From contig CAWEJX010000007.1 of NCBI GenBank assembly GCA_963809485.1, forward strand, positions 96,001-160,000: a DNA stretch of 64,000 nucleotides, in the 5' to 3' direction. Below, one piece after another: positions 28,058 through 38,515 of the stretch. This stretch comes from an uncultured Acidobacteriota bacterium. Its GTDB lineage: Bacteria > Acidobacteriota > UBA6911. The notes beneath the pieces were generated by a model, which was not told the DNA's origin, searched no databases, and saw only the letters and a program-made list of their open reading frames with translations. The translations under genes were made by a program, and so were the position numbers. Position 1 is the stretch's first letter; every line of letters starts with the position of its first letter.

Positions 28058-30700
28058 ATGCCCGAAATCGGCCAAAACCTTTCGCACTATACCCTCGTGA
28101 GGAAGATCGGCGAGGGCGGTATGGGGGAAGTTTTTCAGGCGAGGGATCAGAGACTAGGCAGGGATGTGGCCATTAAAGTCCTGACGAGGGAGTTCGCCAG
28201 GGACACCGACCGGATCGCCCGATTCCAGCGCGAAGCCATACTGCTTGCTTCTCTTAACCATCCCCACATCGCCGCCATATACGGGCTGGAGGAATCCGGC
28301 GGAACCGATTTCCTTGTTCTTGAACTGGTCGAAGGCGAAACGCTGGCGGACCGGATAAAGACCGGTCCTATCCCTTTCGAGGAATCCCTGAGATTGGCCC
28401 TCCAGATCGCTGAGGCTCTCGAAGCCGCACATGAAAAAGGCGTTATCCACAGAGACCTCAAGCCGGCAAACATCAAGGTGACTCCCAAAGGCACGGTGAA
28501 GGTGCTCGACTTCGGATTGGCGAAAGCCTTCGCCGGTGACAGAACCGAGGACCCTTTGGGCTCCGCCGCATTAAACAGGCCGGCGACACAGTCAGGTGTC
28601 ATCCTTGGAACGGCCGCATATATGTCCCCCGAGCAGGCGCGGGGCGAGAGAGTAGACCAGAGAGCCGACATCTGGACCTTTGGCGTGGTGCTGTATGAGA
28701 TGTTGACCGGCGGGCAGCTATTTGGCGCCGCGACCTTTCCGGAAACAATCGCTGCCGTGCTGACAAAAGAGCCTGAATTGGAGAAAATTCCCGCCGCAGT
28801 GCGTCCTTTGCTACGCCGGTGCCTTCAAAAGGACTCCAACAGGCGCCTGCGCGACATCAATGACGTGAAACTAGAGCTGGAAGAAGTTTTGGCAATTCCG
28901 AATGAGATGCCGGCTCCTTCGGTCGCTGTTGCGGAGCATCGGACGAAGCTGCGGATGATGCTTCCCTGGCTGGCGGCTGCACTGATTGCAGGCGGAATTA
29001 TTGCCGGCTCGACCGTTTGGAGGCTCAAGCCTCCAGAGCCTCATCCCATCGCGCGCTTTTCCTGCAGCCTCCCTGCAGATCAGACTTTTGTGCCCGACAC
29101 GCAGGTCATCGCCATTTCCCCGGACGGCAGCCGTTTTGTGTGCGCGACCAACCAGGGCCTATATTTGCGCATGATGGACCAGCTCCAGGGGAGGATCATT
29201 CCCGGAACGGAGGGCCAGGTCGGCAATCCATTCTTTTCGCCGGATGGACAATGGGTGGGATTTTGGTCCGAACGCGACCGGCACCTGAAGAAAATTCCAG
29301 TCAGCGGCGGATCACCGGTGACAATCTGCGCTGCAGCCCAGATCAACAACGTCCAGTGGAGTGCGCACAATGTAATTTTGTATGACGAAGATGCCAGACG
29401 CATCATGCGGGTTTCCGCGAACGGAGGCACTCCGGAAAAGATCCTTGAAAGCAAAAACGAGCACCTTTTTGCACCACAACTCCTGCCCGATGGGACAAAC
29501 CTGCTTTTGGCACTGAGCTCCGTTACCCGATATAGAGACCTGAAGGTTGCCGTGCAGTCTCTCGAATCGGGCACCCGTAAGGAACTGTTCGCGGGATGGG
29601 GAGCGCGCTTTCTCCATACCGGACACCTCGTGTACGTCCAGGGAGGAACCTTGTTCGCCGTTCCCTTCGACGCAGACAGGCTTGAGGTGACGGGAGATCA
29701 TGTTCCCATGGTCCAGGGTATTGCCGGGGCTCCGCCGAGATACGCCGTTTCTGATTCCGGCGCACTGATTTATATGCAGAGTGAAGGAGAATCAAGCGAG
29801 AAACGCCTTCTATTCTGGGTAGACCGGAACGGCAAAGAGGAAGCCCTCGACGCGCCGCCCCGCGCCTATGTGTATGCTCATCTCTCCCCCGATGCGACGC
29901 GGGTAGCCCTCGATATTCGTGACCAGGAAAATGACATCTGGATCTGGGACCTGGTCGGCAGGACGCTGGCCCGTCTCACTTTTGATCCCGGTATGAATTG
30001 GGGCGGGATCTGGACTCCTGATGGAAAAAGGCTGGTCTATAGCACCGAGCGAAATGGCGCGGCGAACATCTGGCTGAGGCCGGCGGACGGTTCCGGCTCG
30101 CCCGAGCCGCTGACCAATATGCCCGAGGCGGGACTGTTCGCGGAATCATTTTCACCCGACGGCAAGCAGCTCCTGATAACCGGACAAATCCCCCCGGTAA
30201 ACATAAGCCTCCTGAGCATTGGCGCCAGTGCGGCGCCCAAGCCATTGCTGGAAAGCAAATTCGACCAATTCAATGCCCAAATCTCACCGGACAGTCGCTG
30301 GGTGGCTTACCAGTCCGATGAAACGGGCCGCACGGAGATCTACGTGCGTCCCTTCCCGAATGTCAATACCGGACGTTGGCAGATTACGACCGAGGGGGGC
30401 ACGCGGCCCTCGTGGAACAAAAACGGGCGCGAAATCTTTTACTATCTGCCTCCGGGGACCATGATGCTGGTTCCTGTTGAAACGGGGACATCCTTCAAGG
30501 CCGGCGTGCCCAGAGTCCTCTTCAAAGGAGAATATCCGGCCCCGGTAAACAGAACGCAGTACTCCGTCACCCCCGACGGCAGGCGGTTCCTGATGATCAA
30601 GGATGCGGGCGCTAAATCCGGCATCGCCGCACTGCAACAGCAGGTAAACATAGTCCTCAACTGGACCGATGAACTGAAGCAATGGGTGCCGGTGAAATGA
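28058..30700 (+). CDS. Hanks-type Ser/Thr protein kinase with TM helix and TolB/PD40 beta-propeller
   Basis: GEGGMGEV, VAIK, HRDLKPAN, DFG, YMSPEQ, then many SPDG repeats. Confidence 0.93.
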   Translation: MPEIGQNLSHYTLVRKIGEGGMGEVFQARDQRLGRDVAIKVLTREFARDTDRIARFQREAILLASLNHPHIAAIYGLEESGGTDFLVLELVEGETLADRIKTGPIPFEESLRLALQIAEALEAAHEKGVIHRDLKPANIKVTPKGTVKVLDFGLAKAFAGDRTEDPLGSAALNRPATQSGVILGTAAYMSPEQARGERVDQRADIWTFGVVLYEMLTGGQLFGAATFPETIAAVLTKEPELEKIPAAVRPLLRRCLQKDSNRRLRDINDVKLELEEVLAIPNEMPAPSVAVAEHRTKLRMMLPWLAAALIAGGIIAGSTVWRLKPPEPHPIARFSCSLPADQTFVPDTQVIAISPDGSRFVCATNQGLYLRMMDQLQGRIIPGTEGQVGNPFFSPDGQWVGFWSERDRHLKKIPVSGGSPVTICAAAQINNVQWSAHNVILYDEDARRIMRVSANGGTPEKILESKNEHLFAPQLLPDGTNLLLALSSVTRYRDLKVAVQSLESGTRKELFAGWGARFLHTGHLVYVQGGTLFAVPFDADRLEVTGDHVPMVQGIAGAPPRYAVSDSGALIYMQSEGESSEKRLLFWVDRNGKEEALDAPPRAYVYAHLSPDATRVALDIRDQENDIWIWDLVGRTLARLTFDPGMNWGGIWTPDGKRLVYSTERNGAANIWLRPADGSGSPEPLTNMPEAGLFAESFSPDGKQLLITGQIPPVNISLLSIGASAAPKPLLESKFDQFNAQISPDSRWVAYQSDETGRTEIYVRPFPNVNTGRWQITTEGGTRPSWNKNGREIFYYLPPGTMMLVPVETGTSFKAGVPRVLFKGEYPAPVNRTQYSVTPDGRRFLMIKDAGAKSGIAALQQQVNIVLNWTDELKQWVPVK

Positions 30701-30784
30701 CACGGGAAGCTTCGGAATCACCCATTTCGGCACACCTGTCCTGTTTCAATTTCTGTGATGCGCTCTGTTCCAAATGGAGGAATA

Positions 30785-31324
30785 ATGAGAAGACTGTTAG
30801 TTTTTGTCCCCATGATTTTTTTATCCTGTTTTAGTGTCGGCTGTCAGCAGAACGGAAAGGCAGCGGGAGAAACAGTGGCAAACTCAGATACTTCATCCTG
30901 GCAAGTCACGCAGGTCGGCGTCGTCGTCAAGGACGTCAAACAGGTGGCAGAACGGCTGGCATCCCTCGGAATCGGACCCTTTCAGGAGATGGAGCTGCCC
31001 CCGGACAGGCAGGAGCTGTTCCGCGGCAAGCCGGCGCTCGCCGATGCCAGGATCATGGGCGCGACATTGGGAGGCATTCAGCTCGAACTGATCCAACCGC
31101 TGGCCAAAGAGTCGCCGCACCGCGAGTTTCTTGAAAGCAAAGGCGAGGGCATCCAGCACATCATGGTTGCCGTGGACGATATCGAAAAGGAGATCAAGCG
31201 GCTGACGGACAAAGGCTGCACCGTTTTGCTCGATATACGCATGCCCGGAGGGCACCACGGCGCATACATCGACCTGCACGCCGGCGGCATTATCGTGGAA
31301 ATGTTCCAGAAGAGACCCAAATAA
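30785..31324 (+). CDS. VOC (methylmalonyl-CoA epimerase/glyoxalase-like) family lipoprotein
   Basis: Lipobox-like SVGC; QVGVVVKD, LELIQP, GEGIQHI, IVEM. Confidence 0.8.
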   Translation: MRRLLVFVPMIFLSCFSVGCQQNGKAAGETVANSDTSSWQVTQVGVVVKDVKQVAERLASLGIGPFQEMELPPDRQELFRGKPALADARIMGATLGGIQLELIQPLAKESPHREFLESKGEGIQHIMVAVDDIEKEIKRLTDKGCTVLLDIRMPGGHHGAYIDLHAGGIIVEMFQKRPK

Positions 31325-31398
31325 GCCCGGCTGCCACACCGAACCGGCAGCCTGTTGCCGCATCTCTGAAGCTTTTAAGACATCCCCGTATCACGCAT

Positions 31399-31908
31399 TC
31401 ACTGAATCGATGGGGTCTCATCGGCTGTCGGCCCATAGATGGGGGGCAAGGGAACATTCTGCAATCGAAGATAAACGGACAACTGTCCGCGATGATGGAT
31501 CATGTGATTCAATATCATGGTGCGAATAACCGAGGTTCGAGGCATTTCAAAGATGATCTGCTCGCCCATTCTCAGGCGCCAAGAAGCCAACAGCCTTTCG
31601 TCCGGCTGCTTCTTCAAAGCTTCAACAGCGGTGGCGAGCGCCTGATCAAACAATTCCAAAATGCCGGCACGACTGTCGGGTTCCGGCGTTCCAAAACTTG
31701 ACGAAACGATATCGTAATCATCCTGATGCAAAACAGAATTCAGCAATTGGACAAGCCTGGCGATGTGGACAGCCAAATGCCCCATGGACATGGATTTTTC
31801 ATGCGGCTTCCATGCGAGTGTACTCTCAGGCAAGCGTTCCAGCAGTCTTCGGGTTGTGGCCGATTCCTGTTGCAGTTCCGTCAAGAAAGGTTGATTTAAG
31901 CTCATCAT
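31399..31908 (-). CDS. DinB/YfiT family protein
   Basis: WKPHEKSMSMGHLAVHIA...NHMIHHRGQLSVYLR...PPIYGP. Confidence 0.9.
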   Translation of the reverse strand: MMSLNQPFLTELQQESATTRRLLERLPESTLAWKPHEKSMSMGHLAVHIARLVQLLNSVLHQDDYDIVSSSFGTPEPDSRAGILELFDQALATAVEALKKQPDERLLASWRLRMGEQIIFEMPRTSVIRTMILNHMIHHRGQLSVYLRLQNVPLPPIYGPTADETPSIQ

Positions 31909-31990
31909 TTCTCCTCTCATCTTCCGGTAATTCTATAGTTTGCCGCGTCCATTTACTATAAAGGCTCCCTCGCTGAACTGCTACCTGATA

Positions 31991-32041
31991 AAGCGGGCAG
32001 GCTCCAATTGCGACTGAAAGTCGCCTGAAGCTTGCCCGCTT
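31991..32041. terminator. Nested stem-loop downstream of the kinase gene
   Basis: AAGCGGGCAGGC...GCTTGCCCGCTT outer stem with inner GCGACT-GAA-AGTCGC. Confidence 0.5.
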
Positions 32042-32063
32042 GCATCCATCGCCATTCTAACTG

Positions 32064-34979
32064 TCAATGTATGAATCGCGCGAGCAGCCCGGTTTTCGGC
32101 TCGAAGCCTTTCAGCATCCAGAGATTGGATTTTTGCTTTAAGACGGCGTAGACGAAGCTTCTCCCATCCGGAGCAAGGCTGAACCGGATGCCCGGAGTGA
32201 GATAAGTGGAGGGGGAGAAATCTTTTCCCAGGTCACCCAGCACCTTTTCCACGCCTATGGCAATATCCACGGAGAACAAAATGCTGCGCTTGCCGTCGCT
32301 CCGTATGCCGTAAACGATTTTTCCATCAGCAGAAAACATATAATAGGCGCTGCCCTTGCTGCCCAGGGGCCGCGTTCTTTTGCCGTCCGGAGATATCAAT
32401 TCCTCGCCGAAGGCGATCCAGTCCCCGGCCGGAGACCAGGAGGGTATCTGGCCACATGGGTTTTCCCTGAGCATACTCGGCGCCGCCTGGCCGGTGGTTT
32501 TTACTTTCATCAGGTTTACCTTCCCGTTTTTGGCGCCCCTATAACAGAACCACATACCATCCGGTGACCAGGAGCCGGGCTGCTCGTGAGCATGGAGATC
32601 ATTTGTAAGAGTCGTTGGAGGACCTCCGGATATGGCGGAAATCCAGAGCCGGGAGGCTCCCTTTCCATCTATCCGGGTGTAGACGACACGATCCGCATTT
32701 GGCGAAAGCGCCGGGCCCCAGAACCATTGGGTGGTTTCTTCGGAAGGAAAGCTCCGTGCCGTAACCAGCGGGCGGTCAATATCACCTTTGCGCAGCCAGA
32801 TCTCAGGTGGCCCATTTCGGTCCGTGACATAGACGAGCGCCGGCTGCTTTGCAGCCCATGCGGGCATATATTCATTGCGCTCCGTGGCGATAAGCTCCCG
32901 CGGAGGGGAACCATCCAGACCGGCCAAGACAACATCGAAGTTATAGCTCTGCTCCGTGAAGACTATCTGTTGCCCGTCCGGTGAAACAGCGGGAGAGATG
33001 CGGTTGCTGGTTCCGCTGGTCAGAGCCTGGCGGCGGCCGGACCCGACATCAGCCAACCAAAGTTGCGCAAAGCCATCGGGTGTGGCCTGGGTGGAAAGCA
33101 CAATACGGCGGCTATCGGGCATCCAGGAGAAGGATGGTGTCCCTCCGTATCTTGGCAGGTCTCGAAAAACGAGGTGTGGAGGATTTTGGGTATCAGGCGG
33201 GTAAGGAATCAGCCAGCCTTCTTCTCCCCTCCCGCCCTCTTCCGGTTTGAAGAAAAGCAGTATGTTTTTTCCATCGGGGGAAAAGTGCAAACAAGGCAGG
33301 TTGACGAACAAAGCTGAGGCCAAGGGGTCGGGGGAGTATTTTTTCAGTTTCCAGTCCGGGGGAGTGCCGATCCATATGCCATAGCGCCCGTCCTCGCCCT
33401 TGCGCATCGCTGCAAGAGCTTTTCCATCGGGCGAGAGCTCAATAGCGGTTGTGATTTCGCCCAGGAAACTGAAACTTAAAAATGGCTCGGGCTCGCCGCC
33501 AACGGCTGCCACGGACCATATGCCGGCCGGATTTCGATCGCTCCCAAAGTGGATCCGGCGGCTGTCAGGGGACCACCTGCTAGCGAAGTATGCACCTTCG
33601 GGAATTTGGGTAATCTGCACCGGCACAGAGGAATCAAGATAGCGAATGAAGATCTGGCTGGCGTTTTCAGTGCAGCACCCCTCATAGGCAAAAGCCTTGC
33701 CGTCGGGCGACCAGCTTCCTCCTGATTGCCCCCTTGGATCAAAGGCAAGCGGCGTGAAACGGTAGGCCGACTGGTCCGGCATCGGCGGCGGCGCAAAGTA
33801 CAACCATGCTCCCAACGCCAATCCCAATCCCACAAGGAACGCTATCGCGGGAACCAGCCATTTCACTCGCCGCGGCTTGGTTGCGGCGCCCTGCAGCGCC
33901 GATGCTTCGGAAAAATGGTCGCGCAGGTTGCGCAGCTCTTGATACAGATCCCGGGAAGAGTCATAGCGGTCCGCCGGATTCTTGGCAAGGCACCGGTCGA
34001 TGGTCCATCTCAGCGGACCCGGCATGGAATGCTCGATCGGCGGCGGCTCCTCAGTCAGGATGGCCGAAATCGTTTGCACCGCTTCGGGCTTGTCGAACGC
34101 TTTCTTCCCCGATGCCATTTCATACAGAATCAGGCCAAAAGAAAACTGGTCGGAGCGGTGATCAACCGGTTTGCCGCTTGCCTGCTCGGGGCTCATGTAA
34201 TGCACCGTCCCCAGGATCATTCCGGGCTTGGTCTGGCTGTCGGCCAAGCTTTCAGTGCCTGCTGCTGCGGATGCATTGCTTTGCCGGGCGAGGCCGAAGT
34301 CCAGAATTTTCACGCGCCCGTCCGGAGAGAGCATTATGTTGGCAGGTTTGAGATCGCGATGAGTGATTCCTTCCGCATGAGCCGCCGCCATACCATCAGC
34401 AATCTGTACCGCGATGTCGAGCAGTTTTCGCGCTGCCACAGGCCCGCGCAAAATCAGGTCCCTGAGCGTCTCGCCTTCCACCAGTTCGAGGACGAGGAAT
34501 TGTGTTCCATCCGATTCTTCCAACCCATGTATGGCCGCAATATTGGGATGATTGAGTGACGCCAGAAGTTTGGCTTCGCGCTGGAACCGTGCAATACGGT
34601 CCGAATCGCTCGCGAACTCCCGGGGTATAACTTTGATCCCCACGATGCGGCCGAGGCTGAGATCCTTCGCCTGATACACCTCGCCCATGCCGCCGCGGCC
34701 CACTCTTTTCACAATCCGATAATGCAGGAATGTTTGACCGGCAAAATCCGGAGGCTGTTCCGCTCGATCTTCAGCAATCTCTCTTGCGGCAATCTCCACG
34801 GCCGGAGCCTCTATGAAGTCCTCCGCCTCAGACCGGCTGGAAAGAAGCGAGCCAACCTCTCCTCGCAGGATTTCATCTCCCTCACAGGCCTTCTTCAGAA
34901 AAGCCTCCCGCTCCCTGGGATCCTGCTGCCGGGCCAAATGGTAGAGCCGCTCGATCTCCTGCCATCTTTCAGAAGTCAT
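32064..34979 (-). CDS. Hanks-type Ser/Thr protein kinase with TolB/PD40 propeller (ECF-associated)
   Basis: ERWQEIERLY...C.GD..LR.EV.SLL N-terminus typical of ECF-linked kinases; GRGGMGEV, HRDLKPAN, DFG. Start overlaps the sigma stop (ATGA). Confidence 0.93.
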   Translation of the reverse strand: MTSERWQEIERLYHLARQQDPREREAFLKKACEGDEILRGEVGSLLSSRSEAEDFIEAPAVEIAAREIAEDRAEQPPDFAGQTFLHYRIVKRVGRGGMGEVYQAKDLSLGRIVGIKVIPREFASDSDRIARFQREAKLLASLNHPNIAAIHGLEESDGTQFLVLELVEGETLRDLILRGPVAARKLLDIAVQIADGMAAAHAEGITHRDLKPANIMLSPDGRVKILDFGLARQSNASAAAGTESLADSQTKPGMILGTVHYMSPEQASGKPVDHRSDQFSFGLILYEMASGKKAFDKPEAVQTISAILTEEPPPIEHSMPGPLRWTIDRCLAKNPADRYDSSRDLYQELRNLRDHFSEASALQGAATKPRRVKWLVPAIAFLVGLGLALGAWLYFAPPPMPDQSAYRFTPLAFDPRGQSGGSWSPDGKAFAYEGCCTENASQIFIRYLDSSVPVQITQIPEGAYFASRWSPDSRRIHFGSDRNPAGIWSVAAVGGEPEPFLSFSFLGEITTAIELSPDGKALAAMRKGEDGRYGIWIGTPPDWKLKKYSPDPLASALFVNLPCLHFSPDGKNILLFFKPEEGGRGEEGWLIPYPPDTQNPPHLVFRDLPRYGGTPSFSWMPDSRRIVLSTQATPDGFAQLWLADVGSGRRQALTSGTSNRISPAVSPDGQQIVFTEQSYNFDVVLAGLDGSPPRELIATERNEYMPAWAAKQPALVYVTDRNGPPEIWLRKGDIDRPLVTARSFPSEETTQWFWGPALSPNADRVVYTRIDGKGASRLWISAISGGPPTTLTNDLHAHEQPGSWSPDGMWFCYRGAKNGKVNLMKVKTTGQAAPSMLRENPCGQIPSWSPAGDWIAFGEELISPDGKRTRPLGSKGSAYYMFSADGKIVYGIRSDGKRSILFSVDIAIGVEKVLGDLGKDFSPSTYLTPGIRFSLAPDGRSFVYAVLKQKSNLWMLKGFEPKTGLLARFIH

Positions 34980-35563
34980 TGCGATTTCCTCGCCGCATGC
35001 TTCATTTCCCGGTAAAGCCATCCCTTGGCCAGATCCCAGTCGCGCCACACGGTGTCGGCGGAGATCTTCAGCACTTCCGCGGCTTCCTCCAGACTTAACC
35101 CCCCGAAGAATCGAAGTTCGACCACTTGCGCCTTCCTGGGATCAACTTCCGCAAGCGCCGTCAGCGCATCGTCCAGTTCAACCAGGTTTGCATCCGGACG
35201 CAACGCGAACAGTGAGGCTTGATCCAGCGGCAGTTGGCGGAAATTGCCGCCTCGTTTCTGAGAATTTTTGGAGCGCGCATAGTGAACCAGAACCTGGCGC
35301 ATCAACTTGGCGGAGATTGCAAAGAAATGCGCGCGGTCCTGCCAATTCACTTTGGGCGCATCGAGCAGCTGCAGGTAGACCTCATTGATCAGTGCCGTGG
35401 TTTGGAGAGTGTGCCCGGCATGCTCATGCATCATGTATCGATGGGCGCGGCGGTGCAACTCATCGTGGACCAGGGGAACGAGCTTGTCCAGGGCCGCCGC
35501 TTCACCCCGGCACCACAACTGGAGCAGCTGAGTAACCTCCTGCGGAGAACATGGTTTTTCCAT
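34976..35563 (-). CDS. ECF sigma factor, TIGR02999/ECF43-like
   Basis: VTQLLQLW..G..AALDKLVPLV..EL, HTLQTTALINE, WQDRAHFFA, VVELRFFGGL. Confidence 0.9.
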   Translation of the reverse strand: MEKPCSPQEVTQLLQLWCRGEAAALDKLVPLVHDELHRRAHRYMMHEHAGHTLQTTALINEVYLQLLDAPKVNWQDRAHFFAISAKLMRQVLVHYARSKNSQKRGGNFRQLPLDQASLFALRPDANLVELDDALTALAEVDPRKAQVVELRFFGGLSLEEAAEVLKISADTVWRDWDLAKGWLYREMKHAARKSQ

Positions 35564-35839
35564 GCCACCCCCTCAGAGAAAAGCCGCTATCTTTAGAATT
35601 GGTCCTAATTATACATCAAATCGCTGTGATCAGGTTTTCGGTAATCGTCTGCCGGCCGCAGAAAAGACCTCCTTTCGTTCAGAAAATTGAGTCCCGTTTG
35701 CCCATTAAGCGATTAGGGCGGCATGAGGAAGCCCCGAAGAGGAATCGCCTCAATAGCAGGCGGCGCCCGGATATCACCCGCCCCTGTTGCGATCCCGCTG
35801 GTTTGGGTTCCTGGAAATCCGAAGAAAGGGGGGTGCCCT

Positions 35840-37201
35840 TTGCGATTTCATGGATGGCTGTATTCCGCCGGCCTGTTGTTTTTGAGTTGTGCAAATCAGG
35901 TAGTCGCAGATCCCGGATTGCCTGTCTCCAACAGCTTTCTTGGAAAACAGCAGAACACTCAGGAATCCTCGACTGCCATCGCGACTTTACGAAAGGCTGC
36001 CGAACAGGGTGATGCCAGATCACGGTTTGAACTGGCATCAGATTATTTCCACGGACGCGGCGTTCGACAAGACTACGCTGAAGCATTGAAGTGGTTTCGA
36101 AAAGTCGCAGATCAAGGCTATGCCGAGGCGCAGTACAGTTTGGCGGTGATGTATGCCGAGGGCAGGGGCGTTTCCCAAGACTACTCTAAGGCTGTGAAAT
36201 GGTATCGAAAAGCTGCCAATCAAGGTTATGCCGAGGCGGAATACAATTTGGCGATGGTGTATGTTGAAGGCAAGGGCGTTACAAGGGACTACGCTGCGGC
36301 GGTGAAATGGTATCGCAAGGCCGCATATCATGGCCTTGCCAGGGCGCAATACAATCTGGCGGTGATGTATATCCAAGGCAGAGGTGTAGCACAGGATTAT
36401 GCTGAGGCAGCGAGATGGTATCGCAAAGCTGCCGATCAAGGCATTGCTGAGGCGCAACACAATCTGGGATTGACGTATCGTGAAGGCAGGGGTGTCACAC
36501 GAGACTACGCCGAGGCAGCGAGATGGTATCGAAAGGCCGCCAATCATGGCGTTGCGGAGGCTCAGCACAGCTTGGGAGTAATGTATGGTGAAGGCATGGG
36601 TCTAACGCAGGACTACGCTGGGGCGGTGCAATGGTATCGCAAGGCCGCCAATCATGGCCTTGCCAGGGCGCAATTCAATCTGGCGAAGATGTATGTTCAA
36701 GGCAGAGGTGTCCCACAGGACTACGCTGAGGCCGTGCAATGGTATCGCAAGGCTGCCGATCAAGGTGATACTGAGGCGCAGAACAATTTGGCGGTAATGT
36801 ATGCCCAAGGCAGGGGTGTTGCGCAGGACTATGCTGAAGCCGCGAAATGGTATCGCAAGGCTGCGGAGCAGGGTGATGCGGTGGCGCAGCACAACCTGGG
36901 ATTTGCGTATCGTGAAGGCAGGGGTGTAACCCAGGACTGCGCGGAGGCCATGAAATGGTATCGCAAGGCTGCAGATCAAGGCGTCAGTGAAGCGCAGCAC
37001 AGCCTGGGAGCGATGTACTTCAATGGCACGGGTGTCCCGCAGGATTATGTTCAGGCCCACATGTGGCTCAATTTGTCCACGGCCCAGGGATCAAAAGGTG
37101 AAGCATTATTGCTCAGCACGATCACCCCAAAAATGACGCCCAGACAAATAGCGGAAGCCCAGCAGCTGGCACGGGAATGGAAGCCCAAAGCGGCGAAGTG
37201 A
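35840..37201 (+). CDS. Sel1-like repeat lipoprotein (~10 repeats of 36 aa)
   Basis: Repeated AQYNLAVMY..GRGV.QDYAEA..WYRKAA.QG with 108-bp DNA periodicity. Probable TTG start with lipobox LSC. Confidence 0.9.
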   Translation: MRFHGWLYSAGLLFLSCANQVVADPGLPVSNSFLGKQQNTQESSTAIATLRKAAEQGDARSRFELASDYFHGRGVRQDYAEALKWFRKVADQGYAEAQYSLAVMYAEGRGVSQDYSKAVKWYRKAANQGYAEAEYNLAMVYVEGKGVTRDYAAAVKWYRKAAYHGLARAQYNLAVMYIQGRGVAQDYAEAARWYRKAADQGIAEAQHNLGLTYREGRGVTRDYAEAARWYRKAANHGVAEAQHSLGVMYGEGMGLTQDYAGAVQWYRKAANHGLARAQFNLAKMYVQGRGVPQDYAEAVQWYRKAADQGDTEAQNNLAVMYAQGRGVAQDYAEAAKWYRKAAEQGDAVAQHNLGFAYREGRGVTQDCAEAMKWYRKAADQGVSEAQHSLGAMYFNGTGVPQDYVQAHMWLNLSTAQGSKGEALLLSTITPKMTPRQIAEAQQLAREWKPKAAK

Positions 37202-37363
37202 TACGCTCGCACCCGGTTCCGGGCATGCGCCGGACCACGAGGGCCGCGCACGACACAATGAACAATGCGAACAAAATGCAAGTTGAGGTTTCAGGGCAGG
37301 GAAAAGGGGTTGCCGCAAAGCCGCCGGTCAAAAGCAATAGAGAAAGGGATCACTAATTTTTTG

Positions 37364-37522
37364 CTATTTCTTTTTCAGCCCATGTGATAGCCGATTTCAG
37401 CAATTCGGGGATGGGCAGTTCGTACGGGCACCTGGGTTCACACTCTCCGCATTGGGTACATTCCCTCGCTTTTTCAATGAGACTGGCTGCCATCCCGTCC
37501 GCCCCAATCGCAGTTCCTCCAT
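37364..37522 (-). pseudogene. Internally deleted aldo/keto reductase with C-terminal 4Fe-4S motif
   Basis: MEELRLGRTG (AKR N-terminus) joined out of frame to EKARECTQCGECEPRCPYELPIPELLK...stop. Not in the ORF track. Confidence 0.75.
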
Positions 37523-37537
37523 GCTGTTCTCCGGTCC

Positions 37538-38515
37538 TTAGGTCTCCTCGGTGTCGTCAAGTATTTTCGTGACGCCGTCTTGCACCTTAATCCTGGGATG
37601 CTGTTTTCTTCTGTTGAGAGGCTCTTTCGTGCCTTCCGCTCCGGATGGGAACAGAATCCTGAATCGCCTTAGTTCTTTGTATTTCATCATCGACTCGGCA
37701 AGCTTGGCGAAATATATCCTGGTCGATTTCTCCCGGATATCCATAGGTTCCCAGTTAACCTCAATGGCGCCCGCAGGACATACTTCCTCACAAAACCATA
37801 TATGGCACGGGCCGCAGGCTTTATGAGAGATGATAATTTTGTCATCCATGGTTATCGCATGATTGGGGCAATGATCCACGCATTCTACACATGAAGTACA
37901 TTTTCTCAGATCAACGACAGGTTTTAGTTTTTCCCAGTCTGACAGGGGAATACTCAGGTCTTTGGGGAGTTCCTCCGGACGCGGCTTGGTTCCGTACAAC
38001 TTGTCATACTTGTCTTTTCGTGGCAACCGGGGGATAAGCCCTCGCTCGCCTTTGGAAATTTTTATTGTTCTTCCCAGTATTTCCTTCCCGAATTCCTTCG
38101 CCTCCTCGATGTCGATGCTGTCAGGATGCCCATCGGTGTAGTATGGCCGGGCGATATACGGCATAAAAGCGCTGCCAAACCAATCATTCCAGCCTGTTAC
38201 CTTCAATCCCTTTTTTTTCAGCGCGGTTACCATTTCAGCGATAAAGCCGCAGGGGCACGTCCCGTGGGTACAGAACGTAAACGCGTACCTTCCTTTCAAC
38301 CGGGGCAGGTCTTTCATGAATTCAGTGACGATGGGGGGCTCCCGGTAGCCAATGGCAGGCGCGCCGATACCGATTAGTTCATAGTCGAGAAGGTCCTGGC
38401 CTTTTACCTTTTCCATGGAGACCAGATCACAGTCCCGCCCAATCCCTTGCTTAATCGCGGCCGCAATTCTCTTGGTGTTTCCTGTCATTGAATAATAAAT
38501 CACAATGCTTCTCAT
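37538..38515 (-). CDS. Flavodoxin-domain/4Fe-4S ferredoxin fusion (EFR1-like)
   Basis: YYSMTGNT flavodoxin loop, GHPD, CTSCVECVDHCP and CGPC...CEEVCP. Confidence 0.85.
   Translation of the reverse strand: MRSIVIYYSMTGNTKRIAAAIKQGIGRDCDLVSMEKVKGQDLLDYELIGIGAPAIGYREPPIVTEFMKDLPRLKGRYAFTFCTHGTCPCGFIAEMVTALKKKGLKVTGWNDWFGSAFMPYIARPYYTDGHPDSIDIEEAKEFGKEILGRTIKISKGERGLIPRLPRKDKYDKLYGTKPRPEELPKDLSIPLSDWEKLKPVVDLRKCTSCVECVDHCPNHAITMDDKIIISHKACGPCHIWFCEEVCPAGAIEVNWEPMDIREKSTRIYFAKLAESMMKYKELRRFRILFPSGAEGTKEPLNRRKQHPRIKVQDGVTKILDDTEET

Noticed and set aside
35990-37080. 108-bp periodic DNA repeats as a non-coding array
   Set aside because: Fully explained by Sel1-like protein repeats.
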